Below are positions 38,701 to 52,835 of a DNA stretch of 64,000 bases, piece after piece. A program made the position numbers and the translations under genes. Within the stretch, counting starts at the first letter, position 1. Each line of letters starts with the position of its first letter. Origin of the DNA: Carcharhinus amblyrhynchos (lineage: Eukaryota); NCBI GenBank assembly GCA_965287045.1, contig OZ336881.1, positions 53,072,001 through 53,136,000 of the forward strand, read 5' to 3'. The notes below the pieces were generated by a model. The model was not told the DNA's origin. It searched no databases and worked only from the letters and a program-made list of their open reading frames with translations.

Positions 38701-38939
38701 CGATATATATCGCACAAATGCCTAGTTACATTTAGCAGAGTCTTTAATAGCTCAATTATTTTACTGCTGAATAACTGACAAGATAAATATCAATTTTTTC
38801 AGTTTGTAAATGCTGGAAAAAATCCAAATTCATCTGTTTTGGGTCCATCATTAATAAACTATTGAAAGCATACAGGAACATGAAAGCCACAAGCATGAAT
38901 TTCACAGATCAACGTGTCATAACCAACTAATAAGCACTT

Positions 38940-39252
38940 CATAGAATTCCTACAGTACAGAAAGAGGCCATTCAGCCCATCAATCCTGCACCGATATCAA
39001 TCCCAGTTATCGCCTTAACCCCACATATTTACCCTGCTAATCCAACTGACACTAAGGGATAATTTAGCAGGGACAATCATCCTAATTCATTCAGTTTTGG
39101 ACTGTGGGAGGAAACCGGAGCACCCGGAGGAAATGGACACAGACATGGGAAGAATGTACAAACTCCACACAGGCAGTCACCCAAAGCCGGAATTGAACCC
39201 ATGTCCCTGGCGCTGTGAGGCAGCAGTGCTAACCACTGTGCCGCCCTGCTGC
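38940..39252 (-). mobile_element. HE1-like V-SINE, CR1-type tail (type B)
   Basis: Reverse complement has a tRNA-like head with A/B boxes, a V-domain, and tail gatgggctgaatggcctctttctgtactgtaggaattctatg. Confidence 0.92.
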
Positions 39253-41383
39253 ACTTGGGAACACCCACCTGCAAAGTGATGGAGTAAGTGTTGCTTGTGT
39301 TTGCTCAATTTTGATCCTTACCTCTTGGCTTCATACACGTTTTAACATCAGAAGACAGATTTTATTTTGAACAGCCACTTACCGCCACCCTCATCAGGAG
39401 TTTTAAGTATTTTGAGGATGGAAATAACACAAAAAAACATAAACAATATTGACTTGATATCTAAAATAGTGCTTTTGAAAAGTGCTTGCTGAGTGTTTTG
39501 TAACCAGTGGATTAAAGGAATGTTTCTACTGATTACAAAATGTACCCAAAACATACAGTCGATGGACTTCTGCATCACCTGTAATTTTACGTTTACATCC
39601 ATTTTACATTCAATGACAGTGCTGCAATCAGAATTTGTATCCAAAATAGTTCTATATTTTAAATCTGGTGTGTTAAATATTTTTAATAATTGCATCAATC
39701 ATTGGTGTGGGTAAGTAACTCATGCATCTGACAATAAAAAGTTGTGCCAATTATTTTGGTCAGCAAGTTTCTGGGTATTCTTTATTTCATCTGAGGACCA
39801 GCAGAGACAATCCTGAAATGCTTTGCTTTTAAGCTGTGATCACTGGTCACTAAAATATCCTGCTATTCCGTTCCTGACAATAGAGGGCAGTGATGACTCT
39901 ATGCTTCCTTCCAAGGAGCACAATGAACATCCACAATGTTCTTTCCGTCTGCGACTACAGTCCTTAACCAACATGCACCTATCTTCAGAAAGTGCAGGCA
40001 ATGAAAGAAAGGACACATGCATGAATCAGATACTGAGTTTACCCTCATGAGGTACACTGTTGCACAATTGATATGAACAACTGATAAAATAATCACCATG
40101 GGCATCAGGCAATGCAATTGTCACGTTGAAAAAAAAAGGTGGCAGGTCGCAGGCACCCTACCATTTTGATATGTTAATAGCTCTTCTTGGCCTGTGGGTG
40201 GTCTGCTTTTGATGCTATTAACAACTTCAGCACTAAATCAAGTGACTGGTATATTCAGCGGAATCGATTCAAAATCTTCACCCCATTTAAACCCTATGAT
40301 AATATTCATATGATGGAAAAATAATTTACATATGTTTAAGGAAAAAAGTAACATGCAACATTCTTTATTTTGGATTAATTTAGCACTGTCCTGTAGATCA
40401 TGATCGCTCCACATTCCTGCATTACAGCACGATAGAAGGCATGGAAATAAAGGGATTTCAGTAATTTAATTGTTATAAGCAATTCAGTCTTTCTTAGCAT
40501 GTTAATTCACGCTTAATATTTTCATAAAATGTGATTCTTCAAACTGAGCCTCTAGTATTCGCAGGGTTAATGCAATGCACTCTCAACATTGCATACATAC
40601 GCACCATATCGGTGCACAATACATCAACTTTATCTATGCATCATTTAGCCTTTTTAAGCTGGCAAAATGAATTGTGATTTTCCATTTCATATCAGCTAAT
40701 CACGAGGCATAGCTCTTTAACCACTACAATACATTTAATCCCGCACTCCATACACACTCCAAATAATGCATAGCATGCGGGTAATTAAAAATGTCAATTA
40801 ATTGGGAATCAAGCAGAGCCCTACCACCTTGTCTCCCAGGCCACATTTCACAGATCGTTTTATTTGTGTGTCCCTGATCTAAACGTTTGCAGCAGTTAAG
40901 GCTTTTGAGAGAGACATTACTTCTGACACATCGCAGAAATATGTTTAAAATGAAAAGTGGAAGTGGTAGTTATAGTTTACAGAGCACAATCATGCCTTCA
41001 CGGTTCCTGACATGTCCCCTGCTACTTTTCCATGTGGTTTAATTTCACCATGAGCGCTAGTAACAAAATAAATGAAGAACTCTTAGGCTTCACTTCACTA
41101 CCTGAATTTTTTTATATAGTCTTGTAACAATAAGCAGCACATATATTTAACACAAACTTCAAATAAAGTGTGCAAATACCACAGAGGCATACCTTTACGA
41201 TCACTTTCAGAATGAATGTGGTGGGCTCACTCCCAATGCCTGCAGCCTTTACATACTACAGTTCTGAATCCATGAAAGCTCAGCAAGGATGATACCACTG
41301 TTGCATCAAGATCACCACAATTATATTTCTTCTGTTAACTATATCTGCATAAATGGTGAACCCCCAATCCCACCTGAAGCCAA

Positions 41384-41510
41384 CAGCCAGAATTTTACCA
41401 CACCGCCCGCCCCAGAATCGGGGAGAGCGAAACTCGCAGAACGGCATGCTCTGTTGGTCTCGGGTGGGATCTTACAACCCTCGGGCAGGCGGGCAGTAAA
41501 ATTCCAGCAA
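41384..41510. mobile_element. ~125-bp palindromic MITE
   Basis: gccagaattttaccacaccgcccgccc...gggcaggcgggcagtaaaattccagc. Confidence 0.65.
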
Positions 41511-41595
41511 ATGTTCTTAAGCACTTTCCTACCGCCCATTCCATAGCAGTACAAGTGAGGGACAAAGTTCCTTTATATTTTTTTTCACAGACATT

Positions 41596-41832
41596 ACAGA
41601 ATCCCTACAGTGCAGAAGGCGGCTATTCCGTCCATTAGATCTGCACTAACTCTCAGACAGAGCATTCCATCCTAACCCAACATTGGATAGTCAGGGCAAT
41701 TTAGCATGGCCAATTCACCCAACCTGCACATCTGTGGGAGGAAACCGGAGAACATGCAAATTCCACACAGTCACCCAAGGCCTGAATTGAACCCTAATCA
41801 CTGGTGCTGTGAGGCAGCAGTGCCGCCGTGCT
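41596..41832 (-). mobile_element. HE1-like V-SINE, internally deleted, tail type B
   Basis: agaatccctacagtgcagaagg...gggcaatttagcatggccaat...gtgggaggaaaccggag...gctgtgaggcagcagtgc. Confidence 0.88.
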
Positions 41833-42514
41833 AACCCATTTACAGGTATAACAGCATTTACAACTATCACGTTAATTCCAGAATGGAATGCATATCGGAT
41901 TGAACCTGATGGATAAAATCTTTCCAGACAATCCAGGGAACGAAAGGGGCAGCGAAGGTAATTTTCACAGAAATTTCAGTGTAAATCAAACTTGCGGTAT
42001 TTTGTCAGTTGCATGTACTTCCTCCCTGGAGAGAGGGCGGAGTGGGGGAGATGATGGGGAGGTGGTGGTAGAGAGGCAATGGCCAGGCAGTCAAAAGCTG
42101 AAGTCTTGAAACAATCTACCCACAACAAATGATTTCATGGCCCTAATAAGAACCAAAATGCACTCTTTGGCTAGCAGATATTCTAGGCTCACTTAAACAA
42201 TTGGAGGCTATGTATGAATCTAGCTGAATTTGCCAATACTAACAACAGTGCCATTAAACCGGCGACTGCTAAGTACGCTGCAGAATGGGAGGAAGCAGGG
42301 GTTTAGAGAATGCAAGGAACCTGTGCATCAGGTTAATTCAGTAGCCTTGGAATTCTGGTGGAACTGCAAAATTTCTACATGATGCAGAGTTTCCACAGAG
42401 CCGACACTGCCACCGTCCAAAGCCTTAACTGTAGTGGTACTGGTGGGAGGGCTTGTTTAACCCCTATTATCTGAAAGCAGTTACACAAGGGACCACATAC
42501 AGGAGCACGCGCAT

Positions 42515-42537
42515 ACACACACACACACACACACACA
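42515..42537. repeat. (AC)n microsatellite
   Basis: acacacacacacacacacacaca. Confidence 0.9.
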
Positions 42538-44466
42538 TGCACAAAACCTGAGAAATCCTGATGCATTACAGTATAGCACTTGCAAATAAATGTGGTCTAC
42601 TGAGATATGGTCCTTCTAATCCTTATCTAAATTGCAATTAACACTTCACAGCTACAGATATCTGCGCAAAACCCAAGCTGTGTTCTGTTATTTTTTTTGT
42701 TATTGGACGAAAATCAAATCAATCTTCAAATAGGATTGGAATGAAAGAGGCTGATCTCTAATTGCACGAGCAGATAACAATTTCATACTTTCTGCCCAAG
42801 TACAGCCATCAGGCTGCAGGAGGAGCAAATAAAGAAATTAGCCAGGAAACAGTGCCACTGTATAACATTTCATTATATTCCTCATCATGTGCCAGATAGC
42901 GCAGGGCAAATATTTGAAAAATAAACAAACAGTCGTAAGGCCGAAAGAAACGGAGCATTGTGCTTTATGTGTAGGTCTAGCTTTCTTCAAATAATTTGTC
43001 ACCCTTGATAGTCACAAAATGAAGTCATGAGGGCTTCATAAGGGAGTGTTTATGAATTTCTTATCAAAATCTCATGTGGCGCCATCCCAATTATCAGGTA
43101 AGAACAATCATATTAGAAAACACATCGGCTGTTTAATGTAATTTGCAATTGTTAAAAAAAACAAACAGACGTACAGTAATTCCATTGCAATTAATCTCCA
43201 ATCTAAACATGGCAGCGCATAGAGAGAGAATAAAATACAGTCTGTGTTAACTGATGCAGGCCTCTTAATCTACCATGACTGAATGCGCTTATCATCTCTG
43301 CTACACTTAGCTAAGTTATTTCTTTGTCCAAACATTAAGGGGAAAAAAAATCAATTCAGCTCAGGTTTTCCCACATCTTCATATCACTTCTCATCTGAAC
43401 TCTATGGAGGTAGAATTTCAATTACCTTGGAGAACTCCCAGCGAGCCAGGATGAACACGGTCCTCCTGGTCACAGCCAGTAATTGTAGAGGGGTCTGCAT
43501 CTTACATTTGATGATATGGCTTACAAAAATAGATATTCCAGTTATTTGATAAAGGTATAAAAGTCTTCTTACGGACATTGCCACTATTTCTCTGCTCTGT
43601 CAAGCAGCACATGAACAACTAATTCTGTTACTTTGTAAATGTAATAATTAACATATTTACAATGCGAAAAAAAATGCTGACTATAATTGTAGCTGCAACA
43701 AGGTTCCCCGGGGAGGATAAATGAACTTTGAATATTCACTATTTGGTTGGGGAAAAAAATAATTAGCTTCCCATCTCATTCTCCTCTTTCCCATCAGATC
43801 ACTCTTTTTAAAAGCATTCCCTTCAGCACAAAACATGAAAACAACATTGAATTTGCTTAAAAATCATTTGCAGCTCTTTAGTTAGGATATTAAATAGCTT
43901 CCTGCCTGTATGGAACAAGCAGCATTGGCAGACACTTGAGCACATTTTGCAGTCAAGTTGCAAATATACAGTTGGTGCATGCTGTTGCTCTGTGGTTGAA
44001 GTGATAATGGGTTACACCCAGCTTGTGAGGAGTTCAGATCAGATCACTAAAAGATGGGAAGCTTCCACTTTATATAAATTTACCCCCCAATGCCTCCTTC
44101 AAGTTGCAGTCACCTCAGTTACCAAAGATTTGCTATTGATTCAATTTTCAGAATTATGAGTTTTCATACTGCAAGTATCAAAGCACCAAGATGGGGTTTG
44201 TAGAACTCTACGAGTTAAGTAACACCATGCCAGAATGTTATGGATGAATCTATAGCACTGTTGGCCCACATCCTTGTCTGGATGAGCATCAATGAAACCA
44301 TAAATGGCACTCGGTTTCAGGCTATTCTAAGTTTACTCCTCTACTTGTTTCTGCAATGTGATACTAATGTACCAAAGCCAGCCCTAAAATGCCATTTTAC
44401 CTTCCATACTTCTATAAATATTATTTAAAATGTCCTAAAGGTCCTAAAGTGTTCAATTCAATTCAA

Positions 44467-44766
44467 GGGTGGCACATAGTGGTTAGCACTGCTGCCTCAC
44501 AGCACCAGGAACCCGGGTTCAATTCCTGACCTTGGCTCACTGTCTGTGTGGAGTTTGCATATTCTTCCTGTGTCTGCATGGGTTTCCTCCAGGTGCTCCG
44601 GTTTCCTCCCATAGTCCGAAAGACATGCTGGTTAGGTGCACTGGCCATGCTAAATTCTCCCTCAGTGTACCCAAACAGTTGCCGAAGTGTGCAACAAGGG
44701 GATTTTCTCAGTAACATCATTGCAGTGTTAATGTAAGCCCACTTGTGACAGTAATAAATAAACTTT
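44467..44766 (+). mobile_element. HE1-like V-SINE, tail type A
   Basis: agtggttagcactgctgcctcacagcaccaggaacccgggttcaattcc...cagtaacatcattgcagtgttaatgtaagcccacttgtgacagtaataaataaac. Confidence 0.93.
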
Positions 44767-46624
44767 AAAAAATATCTATACATTCACACTTTCTACTTTT
44801 AAATATACGCGTATGGAGACAATTAATGAATGGCATTGTTCTTGAGCCAAACATAAGTATGCAAAAAAGCATATCGCCTTTAATATAGTGAAAAGAAAAT
44901 TGCAAAATACTCATAACAAATTGGAGAAGATGTTCCAAATCAATCTACGGTTTTAGTTACAGTGATTTCATACAAAAGCAGCATACTGCCATCCACTGGG
45001 ATTAAGTGTCTTCTCTTTACTGTTATATATTGTGGGCTGAAATCTAGGATGATGCACATTTTCTGCTATTTTAACTCAAAATTCAGAAATAATAAAAAAT
45101 AACCTGAAACCCAATCAGCATACTCCCATTATGCATTATTATCTGATTAGTAGCATAATTTCAGAGTACCAAACCACTTCCTAAGGACAGTATTTCAAAC
45201 TGGTTCATCCTTTTTTTCAATACAGAAAGGTCTGATCAAATGTCAATACATACTAGATGTGACTTAAAAACCTCAAGTCGCAAGCGCGCTAAACCCTTTC
45301 TCGCTTTTGGTCGACAGAAAGTGTGAACTGCCCTATCGTTAACGCCATGAATATGTTAGCAAGTGAATAGCCCTGACCCTGGAGTTAATCCTTTAATCCC
45401 TTTGCATCTGTTTGCAACATTTCTGCAATCTTCTTTTTTGACAACTTATTTTTTTACACATTGTTAGCAGTGAACCGGTCTAACGTTTTCAGTTTGTTTC
45501 ATGGAATTCATTTAATGTCACATTCCACTTAACATGTTACCAGCAAATCTTGTGTAACACAATAGCTACAATGCTCACTGTCAATCCAATACAGTCGTGT
45601 TTAAATAGCAACAAGGCACACAAACAGAAGCTAAGGATGAAATGTCTAAAAGCAGTAGCAGTAATGGGTTAATTACAATAACTCTTCACTATCTTTCCAC
45701 AATAAAGGGTTGCTTTATCCTGCCAGTTTGGAACTGCCAGATTTATGGAAGCACTTTAAGATGATTTATTCATCTTATGTTGCACTTTCAGTCTCAAAAT
45801 ATATTTATAATTCAGATTGAAAATACATATACTGTAGAATAAATAATATCACAATACATTTACTATCTAATAAAATTTCTGTTTAGTGGTATAAAGAGAA
45901 ACTACAAGGTTAGTGAAAATGCCAAATATTTATTCCAAAGTAACAAGGATCCTTTTGCTTGAAGCTGAATTCTGCATTACACTCTGGCTTAAAGGTTAGA
46001 AAGATGAAACAATTCAAATGGTCTACAGTCAAGAAAAACCTTGCTCTATGCTTTTTATTTTCCAACATTCGAAATGTTTGCGTAGCATTTTACCAAAGGA
46101 CGTTTTTAAACATGTTACAACAAACGTAACTATGTTGAGAAATAAATCCAGTGACTAATGAACTTAATTCTCTCAAAATTACACACAAATACTGCAATTG
46201 TATCAGAATTTAATCAGCTTCTGGCACTGGTGCATATAAATAGTACTCACAAGGAGGATTACACTTCGGAAGGAGGAGAAATAAGATGCCTAGAACAAAG
46301 ATTTAGTGCTAAGGGAGCGATTGATCACAAAGTGGCTGAGTTACATCAATAGTTGGGAAGTGGATTGAAAGACAGTTTATACTCAGAGTTTGAATTTTTA
46401 TACACAAAATACACGTTAAACCTATTATTTAGACTGGGCTTGTCTTTTTAGGAAGTGTTTCGGATGTGATGATTGATATTCCTTTGGTTTTCTTCACGTT
46501 GTGTTCTCTGTTTCACCAATGAAACAATAAAATTCTATCTTGATGTAAAGAATTTGAACGAAACCTTCGGCCCACATTTTGCCGCGAGCGGAGAGGCTGT
46601 ACATAGTGCTAAAATGGTTGAAGT

Positions 46625-47880
46625 GGCCAAAGATTCTTAAGTTCCCGCCCTCCCCCAAAACATGGCACATTGCATTTTGGAAGGGGTGAGAATGTTTCAC
46701 GTATTCATGGTTTATGGAGGCAGCTGGCCATTTAAATCAACAGCTGCCTCCACTGAAGTGGGACTTGATAAGAGCAGGATTGAACTTTCTGGATTTGTTT
46801 AAACAGTCAGAGCGCATCCCTTTGGAGAGATAAGGTGCCCCTTTGGATCTGATCCTGGGACACCTTTGAGGGAGTTCAGGTGCCCTTTGGAACTGTTAAA
46901 ACTCAACTTAAATGTGTGTATAAAGTGCATAAATTAATTGTGGTCAAGCTCATTGGAATCGTCAATAGACAGTCCAAAATCAACTGTCAAAACTGTCAGA
47001 AGCACCTGTTTAAGGGAGCTGTCAAACTGTCAAAACATTTAAAATTCTGCTCTTTAAATCTGTATAGGAAATGTCTGGAGCTTACAAAAATGATTGCTTG
47101 TTTGGACTCCAAGCACCCTGGACATTCTCTCTTCCCCATCTTCTGTCAGGAAAAAGACACAAAGGCTGAAGTCACGCACCAACCGACTCAAGAGCAGCTT
47201 CTTCCCAGCTGCCATCAGACTTTTGACTGGAACTACCTTACATTAAGTTGATCTTTCTCTACACCCTAGCTATGACTTTAACACCACATTCTGCACCCTC
47301 TCCTTTCCTTCTCTATGAATGGTATGCTTTGTACAGCACATAAGAAACAATACTTTACACTGTATACTAATACATGTGACAATAATAAATCAAATCAAAA
47401 AAACCATCTATTGACATACGCCTGAGGGCATCATTATTGGATAAGAGCTGCATAACTGATTTCGCAACCATCCATTATCACAGTAGGGTGCCTGCTATTT
47501 CAGTTTGATTGACAGCTATAATCGGTTCTGAACTTTTTGTTATGGGACCATGAATTTCAAGGCTTGTTGTTATAAGTGATTGTGCATTTGAATGAAATGT
47601 TTGTTGTTATAAGGCTTTACGTGGTTGAAGGTACGTAAATGTACTAAATGGGCTTTTATGAATGAGAATGTTTTTTGATATAGTGAAGTTTGCAATGGAC
47701 ACTTAGAAGTTTACTTTATTGAACATTATTTTATCTAAACTCTGCATGGGTCCTGAGTTCTGCCTGTGTTGGTTACAGGGCGAGTTGGTATGGTATGTGT
47801 AAGGATCCTGGGATTGAGTGGAGGAGCTATAAAGGGCCATGTGGGGTGGTTGAAAGGGAACTGGTTGGCATAGGGACTTT
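46625..47880. mobile_element. Related copy of the 20591-21937 element, interrupted by Rex1/Babar and cut off by a SINE
   Basis: Shared blocks such as ttgacata.gcct.agg...caacc.tccattatca....gggtg...atttcagttt.attgacagct and gaatgaaatgtttgtt. Confidence 0.7.
47104..47399 (+). mobile_element. Rex1/Babar-type LINE 3' fragment
   Basis: HPGHSLF...TNRLKSSFFPAAIRLL, then a 3'UTR ending tacatgtgacaataataaa(tcaaa)2. Confidence 0.82.
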
Positions 47881-48177
47881 AAAGTTTATTTATTAGTATC
47901 TCAAGCAGGTTTACATTAACACTGCAATTAAATTACTGTAAAAATCTGCTAGTTGCTACACTCCTGTGTCAGTTTGGGTACATTGAGGGAGAATTTGTCA
48001 TGGCCAATGTACCTAACCAGCACGTCTTTCACACTGTGGGAGGAAACCGGAGCACCAAGAGGATACCCACGCAGATGCAGGGAGAACGTGCAGACTCCGC
48101 ACAGATAGTGACCCAAACCAGGAATCAAACCTGGTTTCCTGACGCTGTGAGGCAGCAGTGCTAACTACTGTGCCACT
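47881..48177 (-). mobile_element. HE1-like V-SINE, tail type A
   Basis: Reverse-complement copy of the 44467-44766 element. Confidence 0.92.
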
Positions 48178-50275
48178 GTAAGAGAAGAGCTATATTGCCA
48201 AATAGAAGTTGGCAAGAATATGCGAAGATAGGTAGAATGTGAGCTGCCAGCGAAGATGGGTCTGGAGCAGGCTGAAGCACAAAACAGGGCCCAATGATGG
48301 AAGAAAGGAATGCAGAGGAAACTACAATCGTGGCATCTGACCGGAATCAGCACATATAATCTTTTGAAGAAACCAATTAACCTCCTCAACTTTTTCGACT
48401 GTATTGTATAACAATATTTTACTGTTGTAATGTGAGGTGTTCAAATGTGAAGCATAAAATAAAGTTTCATTAGGTTGGCTGGTACAAAATAAAAATCAAT
48501 TTTTAGGTAGCATTAATATAGTCACTGACATTTTAACTGGTTTCAAATGGCCACTTACTTCAACCTGTGTTTCCACCAACAGTCTGTAACCGTTATTACG
48601 TATTCACAGAAGTCAGTTGTCTATCGGTGCAAATCTACGTAAGAAGACATCAACTACTAATAATAATCAACCAATTCTTAACTGTGCTTTCTTCAAGCAA
48701 AATCTAAACAAGGTGCAAAGTTAATTCTGGATATCCACCAATGGATCTCAACTTTCATCACCCAACAGCAGAGCTGTGATAGTGAACACCTAAAAATCTG
48801 CTGGAGAAATGATATAATATTGCATACACATGCATATAAGCACTGACATTTCTCCCTTAATGATATGCTTCAGTCTATTAAGTTTAAGGCAGTTATTTAT
48901 TGATCAATGTGACTTATACAATATATTTAGTAGTATCACAACTAGTAGGCTTAGATATTAAATAACAACTGCATGCACCGGTACCTTTGAGAAGGCTAGG
49001 CTGCATGATGCCCTTTGAACTTTGAGCCCTAGATTTAATGGGATGAAAGTCTCCTCTTTTAGCTGGCTGTATGAGTGCTAAGTAAAGAAACAGTTTCAAC
49101 ACATTTCCTGGTATCCACAAGTCAACAGCCCAATTTGCTCATAATTCGACACAAATTGCCACGATTACCAGCTTCACTGAGATAAGGCTTGGCTGGGAAT
49201 GAAAAGGAAGAAAATTTCACTGACTGATTAAGAGACATTTTCTCAGAGAGGGGTTAAAGTAAAGAAAGTGTCACTCTGCATTTGTGCCCTGATGTGGGAC
49301 TAATCCTGCCATCACAATCCTGCAACTGTCACAGGCTGCCCAAATTTTCCCAAAGTAAGGCCCTATTTTGTGCCAGAGGCAGGTCTACTGTCCCCACTGC
49401 AGGCTTGCCTCGGCTGCCATCTTTCTTTTTGTGAGTTCCAATGATGCCCTACAGGGATCAGCCTCAGTTGCCAACATTTAAAAATGCAGAGATAAGTCTC
49501 CTGAGCCCTATGAGAGAAGCGTCATCAAAATCAACGCCATCCCAAAATTCAGCCATTCCATGGATTTATCACCATGCCAGTATCCCTCCCTTGCTATCTC
49601 CCTCCATGTTAACGCCAATGACACCTTTCAGTCCCTAAAATTTCTCTAATGTAACTTTCAAGAGGTTCCCGCGTCTTCTGTCCTGCCTCTGTGGTTGTTC
49701 TCACTTCCTCTCACTTAGTTGGGTTCCAGACGGCTTTGAAGGCCACCTGCCCCAGTGAAAATCTACAATGTTCCAACCTTAAGCAAGTTTCCTGTCCCAT
49801 GCCTTTTGCTGTGCTCCTCAAAATGTCCACAAGCGGCCATGGAATTTGGATTCTGCCAACACCACCTGGCCATGAACAGGGGCATGCACATCCATGCCTT
49901 TGTATTTGCCCATGGAGTGCTCAAATATGTGGAAAATAAAATGTGTTTCAATGCATCAACACCGATATGATTCATCTCAACAATAAGGATAACATATTTG
50001 AAGGGCACACATAATCAATCTATACAGATGAGCAATACTTGGTTTATGACCCAGGGCTAAAGCCTCAAAAACAGAACAATGGAGGGCTCATGGTGATAGA
50101 AACTGGTATGGGCTGCACTCAACGTTTCAATGTAAAACAAGCACACAACATTCTAACTTAGCAGTTGCATGGTCTGCACCCAATCTGCACTGATGTTGGT
50201 CCACTGAAAAACGAGTAAGCCCATATTTTAGGAGCTTGTGCCAAGTATAGGCCATCATTATTGGTGGTCCCTCGA

Positions 50276-50640
50276 TTCAAGAATGACATCTAATCAGGGT
50301 TATAGGCTTCTGCGATGGGTCTTCATGTAACTGAACAGGCTGATTCTCAATCCACAGACCTTTGAGTACAAGAGGCAGGGTATCCCTATGAGGCAGTGAG
50401 ATCTGGGTGCTGGATTTGCTTCCCTTTCCGTAATTGTCACCGCTTTGCCTTATCATTAAGATGCTGTGACTCAAAGTGTGATGCAGCTTGCACAAGTAGT
50501 CACCGTTCTGGTTGGCAGATTGGCAGCAAGTCAAGGAGAGTTTCAGAGTGCCTTTTTGGCGCTTTCTTTGTCCTCCCCTGGAATGTTGGCCACTTGAGAG
50601 CTGACAAAACAGGAACTGGCAGGGGTGCTTTTTGGTCACT
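50276..50640 (-). mobile_element. RTE-clade LINE 3' fragment
   Basis: QFLFCQLSSGQHSRGGQRKRQKGTLKLSL resembles the RTE motif GxRxxGGQRKRFKDTLK; degenerate terminal zinc motif KVCGLRISLFSYMKTH. Confidence 0.75.
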
Positions 50641-52529
50641 TGGATAGTGTCCAGCCCATCAAAGTTGATTTTGCAGGAGTTTTGCCTTAATGCTTGTGGA
50701 AATGGCTCCAAGAAGGACACTAGTATTTGTTCGCCAAATCCTGCCACTGAATCCTGAGGATGCAGCGCAGACATTGCTAAGGGAGTTTCTCCATTGCTCT
50801 TATATGTCACTGATATACAATTAAGGTCTTTCTGTAATAGCACAGGACTGTGCTGATGAGAACTGCTCTGTGCATTATGATTTCTCTGACTTGTAAAGGG
50901 CTTTGTTGTCAAACACTTACTGCTTTAGTTTGTAGCTGGCATAGCGTTGGATCTCCTCAGCAATGGTGGCCTTTTGGCAGGTCTGGCTGGTGAACTATGA
51001 GATGTGCTCAACATATTCCAGAGTCTCCCTTTCAAGATCTCAGAGGTGGAATTTTGGGCTGACCAACTGTGGGTTGATATAAGTTTTGTTTCGGTGACAT
51101 TCAGTATAAGCCAAGTTTCTTGTGCGCAGAACTGAAGCGACCAAGAGGAGTTAATGTTACTTAGCCCCACTTCATACCGGCCGTTTAGTTAATTAGGGGC
51201 CAAACATATATTAAGGCACCTCTTTGACAAACTGGTCCCATGTTTTACCCTGTCAGGATCTGTTAGTGATCCCAATGACCAACAACCAAAGGTATGTATG
51301 TGTTCGAAATCTGTTTTTCATCTTTCTGCACAGGCAATTTACCCACTGGCCCCACCCTCCCTCCCGCCCAACCCTAACTCACTTCAACTCCCTGAAGGGA
51401 TTCACCCAAGGGCTATTGCTGGCAGGGCAATTGACGCTAAATTAGTCTCAGGCAACGGGATAAGTTGCTGGTGGTAGTACAAAAGTGGCGAGGACCAATT
51501 TCCATACATCCTCAGATGTCTCTGTTTGGGTCACACTGAATCCACCTAAGTCTGGGCGTGAGAACAGGCCCAGATTAATATCTACCCTGTGACATGGCAT
51601 TCTACTGCTAAACAGCAACTACTGCCTGCTGATATTGCAGGCTGCTGCCTAGGGTCTGCCTCGAGCAATTGAAAATGTTTCTCATTTAGAAAATAAATGT
51701 ATCTCTTGGGCACAATAAGATTACATTGGCTGAAAATTGTTGGCTGCAGTTGGTAAATTATTCCCCTTGGTTTATGGAAGTGACCTCAAGTATGCAGTAA
51801 TGCCCTCACTCTTTGGCACTGAATGTTATAACTATCTTGGCGCTTCTCGTAATCTTTGGGTCAATCGTCAATGGTCTCCCAAATTGCAGCCAATATTTGT
51901 AACGCCAACAGAGATTTAGGCTTGCCCGAACAAAAAGTGTAACAGGTTTAGGAAGTGCATAATGTACTCGTAACATAGCAGGAGTCAAGCATTCCTACAT
52001 TAGTCTTCAATGTTTAGCCCAATGGGTCATCCATCAAGAAGAGAATTATGTCATGCCTTCTCAAATTTTGACTTCAAGTAAAACGCGGCATTCAAATATT
52101 TCTGAATTGATCAGTTAACTCTAGGTTGCCAATTAAATATAACAAATGTTCCCTCAAAAGTTTATTTAAAAATATAAATGCTCTGACCAATTTATGATTT
52201 CAAAGCAAGAGTTACTTGATCAAATTCTTTGCATAATGAATCAGGTTTCTCTAGGTGGACACTCCAAGAAAAATTGGCGATTCCGGAGAAAGAAATGGAG
52301 TTTAGTGTGAAAAAAAGGAACTGAGCCTGTGTAGAATATGTATCAGGATGAGTTACAGATATCATTGCAGCTAACAGAACAGCTCCAAACCTTTTCTTTC
52401 CTGGGGTTAAGCTGCTGACATGATTTTGTCATGATTGCACAAGCTAAGTTTGAAAAGAACAGATAATACAACTTTGAAAAAATAAATACAAACTTCCATG
52501 GGTTAAGATTAATACTCCCAATTTATTTA

Positions 52530-52835
52530 AAATTCGTTTGTTAGTGTCACAAGTAGACTTATATTCATTCACACCTAAATGAAGTTACAGTGAAAATCTC
52601 CTAGTTGCCGCACTCCGGCGCCTCTTCGGATACATTAAGGGGGAATCTAGCACGGCCCATTCGCCTAACCAGCATCTCCTTCAAATTGTGGGAGGAAACC
52701 AGAGCACGCGGAAGAACCCACGCAGATCTGAAGAGAATGTGCAGACTTTGCACAGACAGTGATCCGAGCCAGGAATCGAACCCAAGTCCCTGTGACAGTG
52801 AAGCAGCAGTGCTAACCAGTGTATCATTGTGCCAC
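52530..52835 (-). mobile_element. HE1-like V-SINE, tail type A
   Basis: gtcacaagtagactt...ctagttgccgcactccggcgcct...gtgggaggaaacc...gcagcagtgctaacca. Confidence 0.92.

Noticed and set aside
44467-44530. tRNA-like sequences with A and B boxes
   Set aside because: These are SINE heads that run straight into the V-domain, not tRNA genes.
50277-50912. 211-aa ORF
   Set aside because: Partly a decayed RTE LINE fragment, not a host gene.
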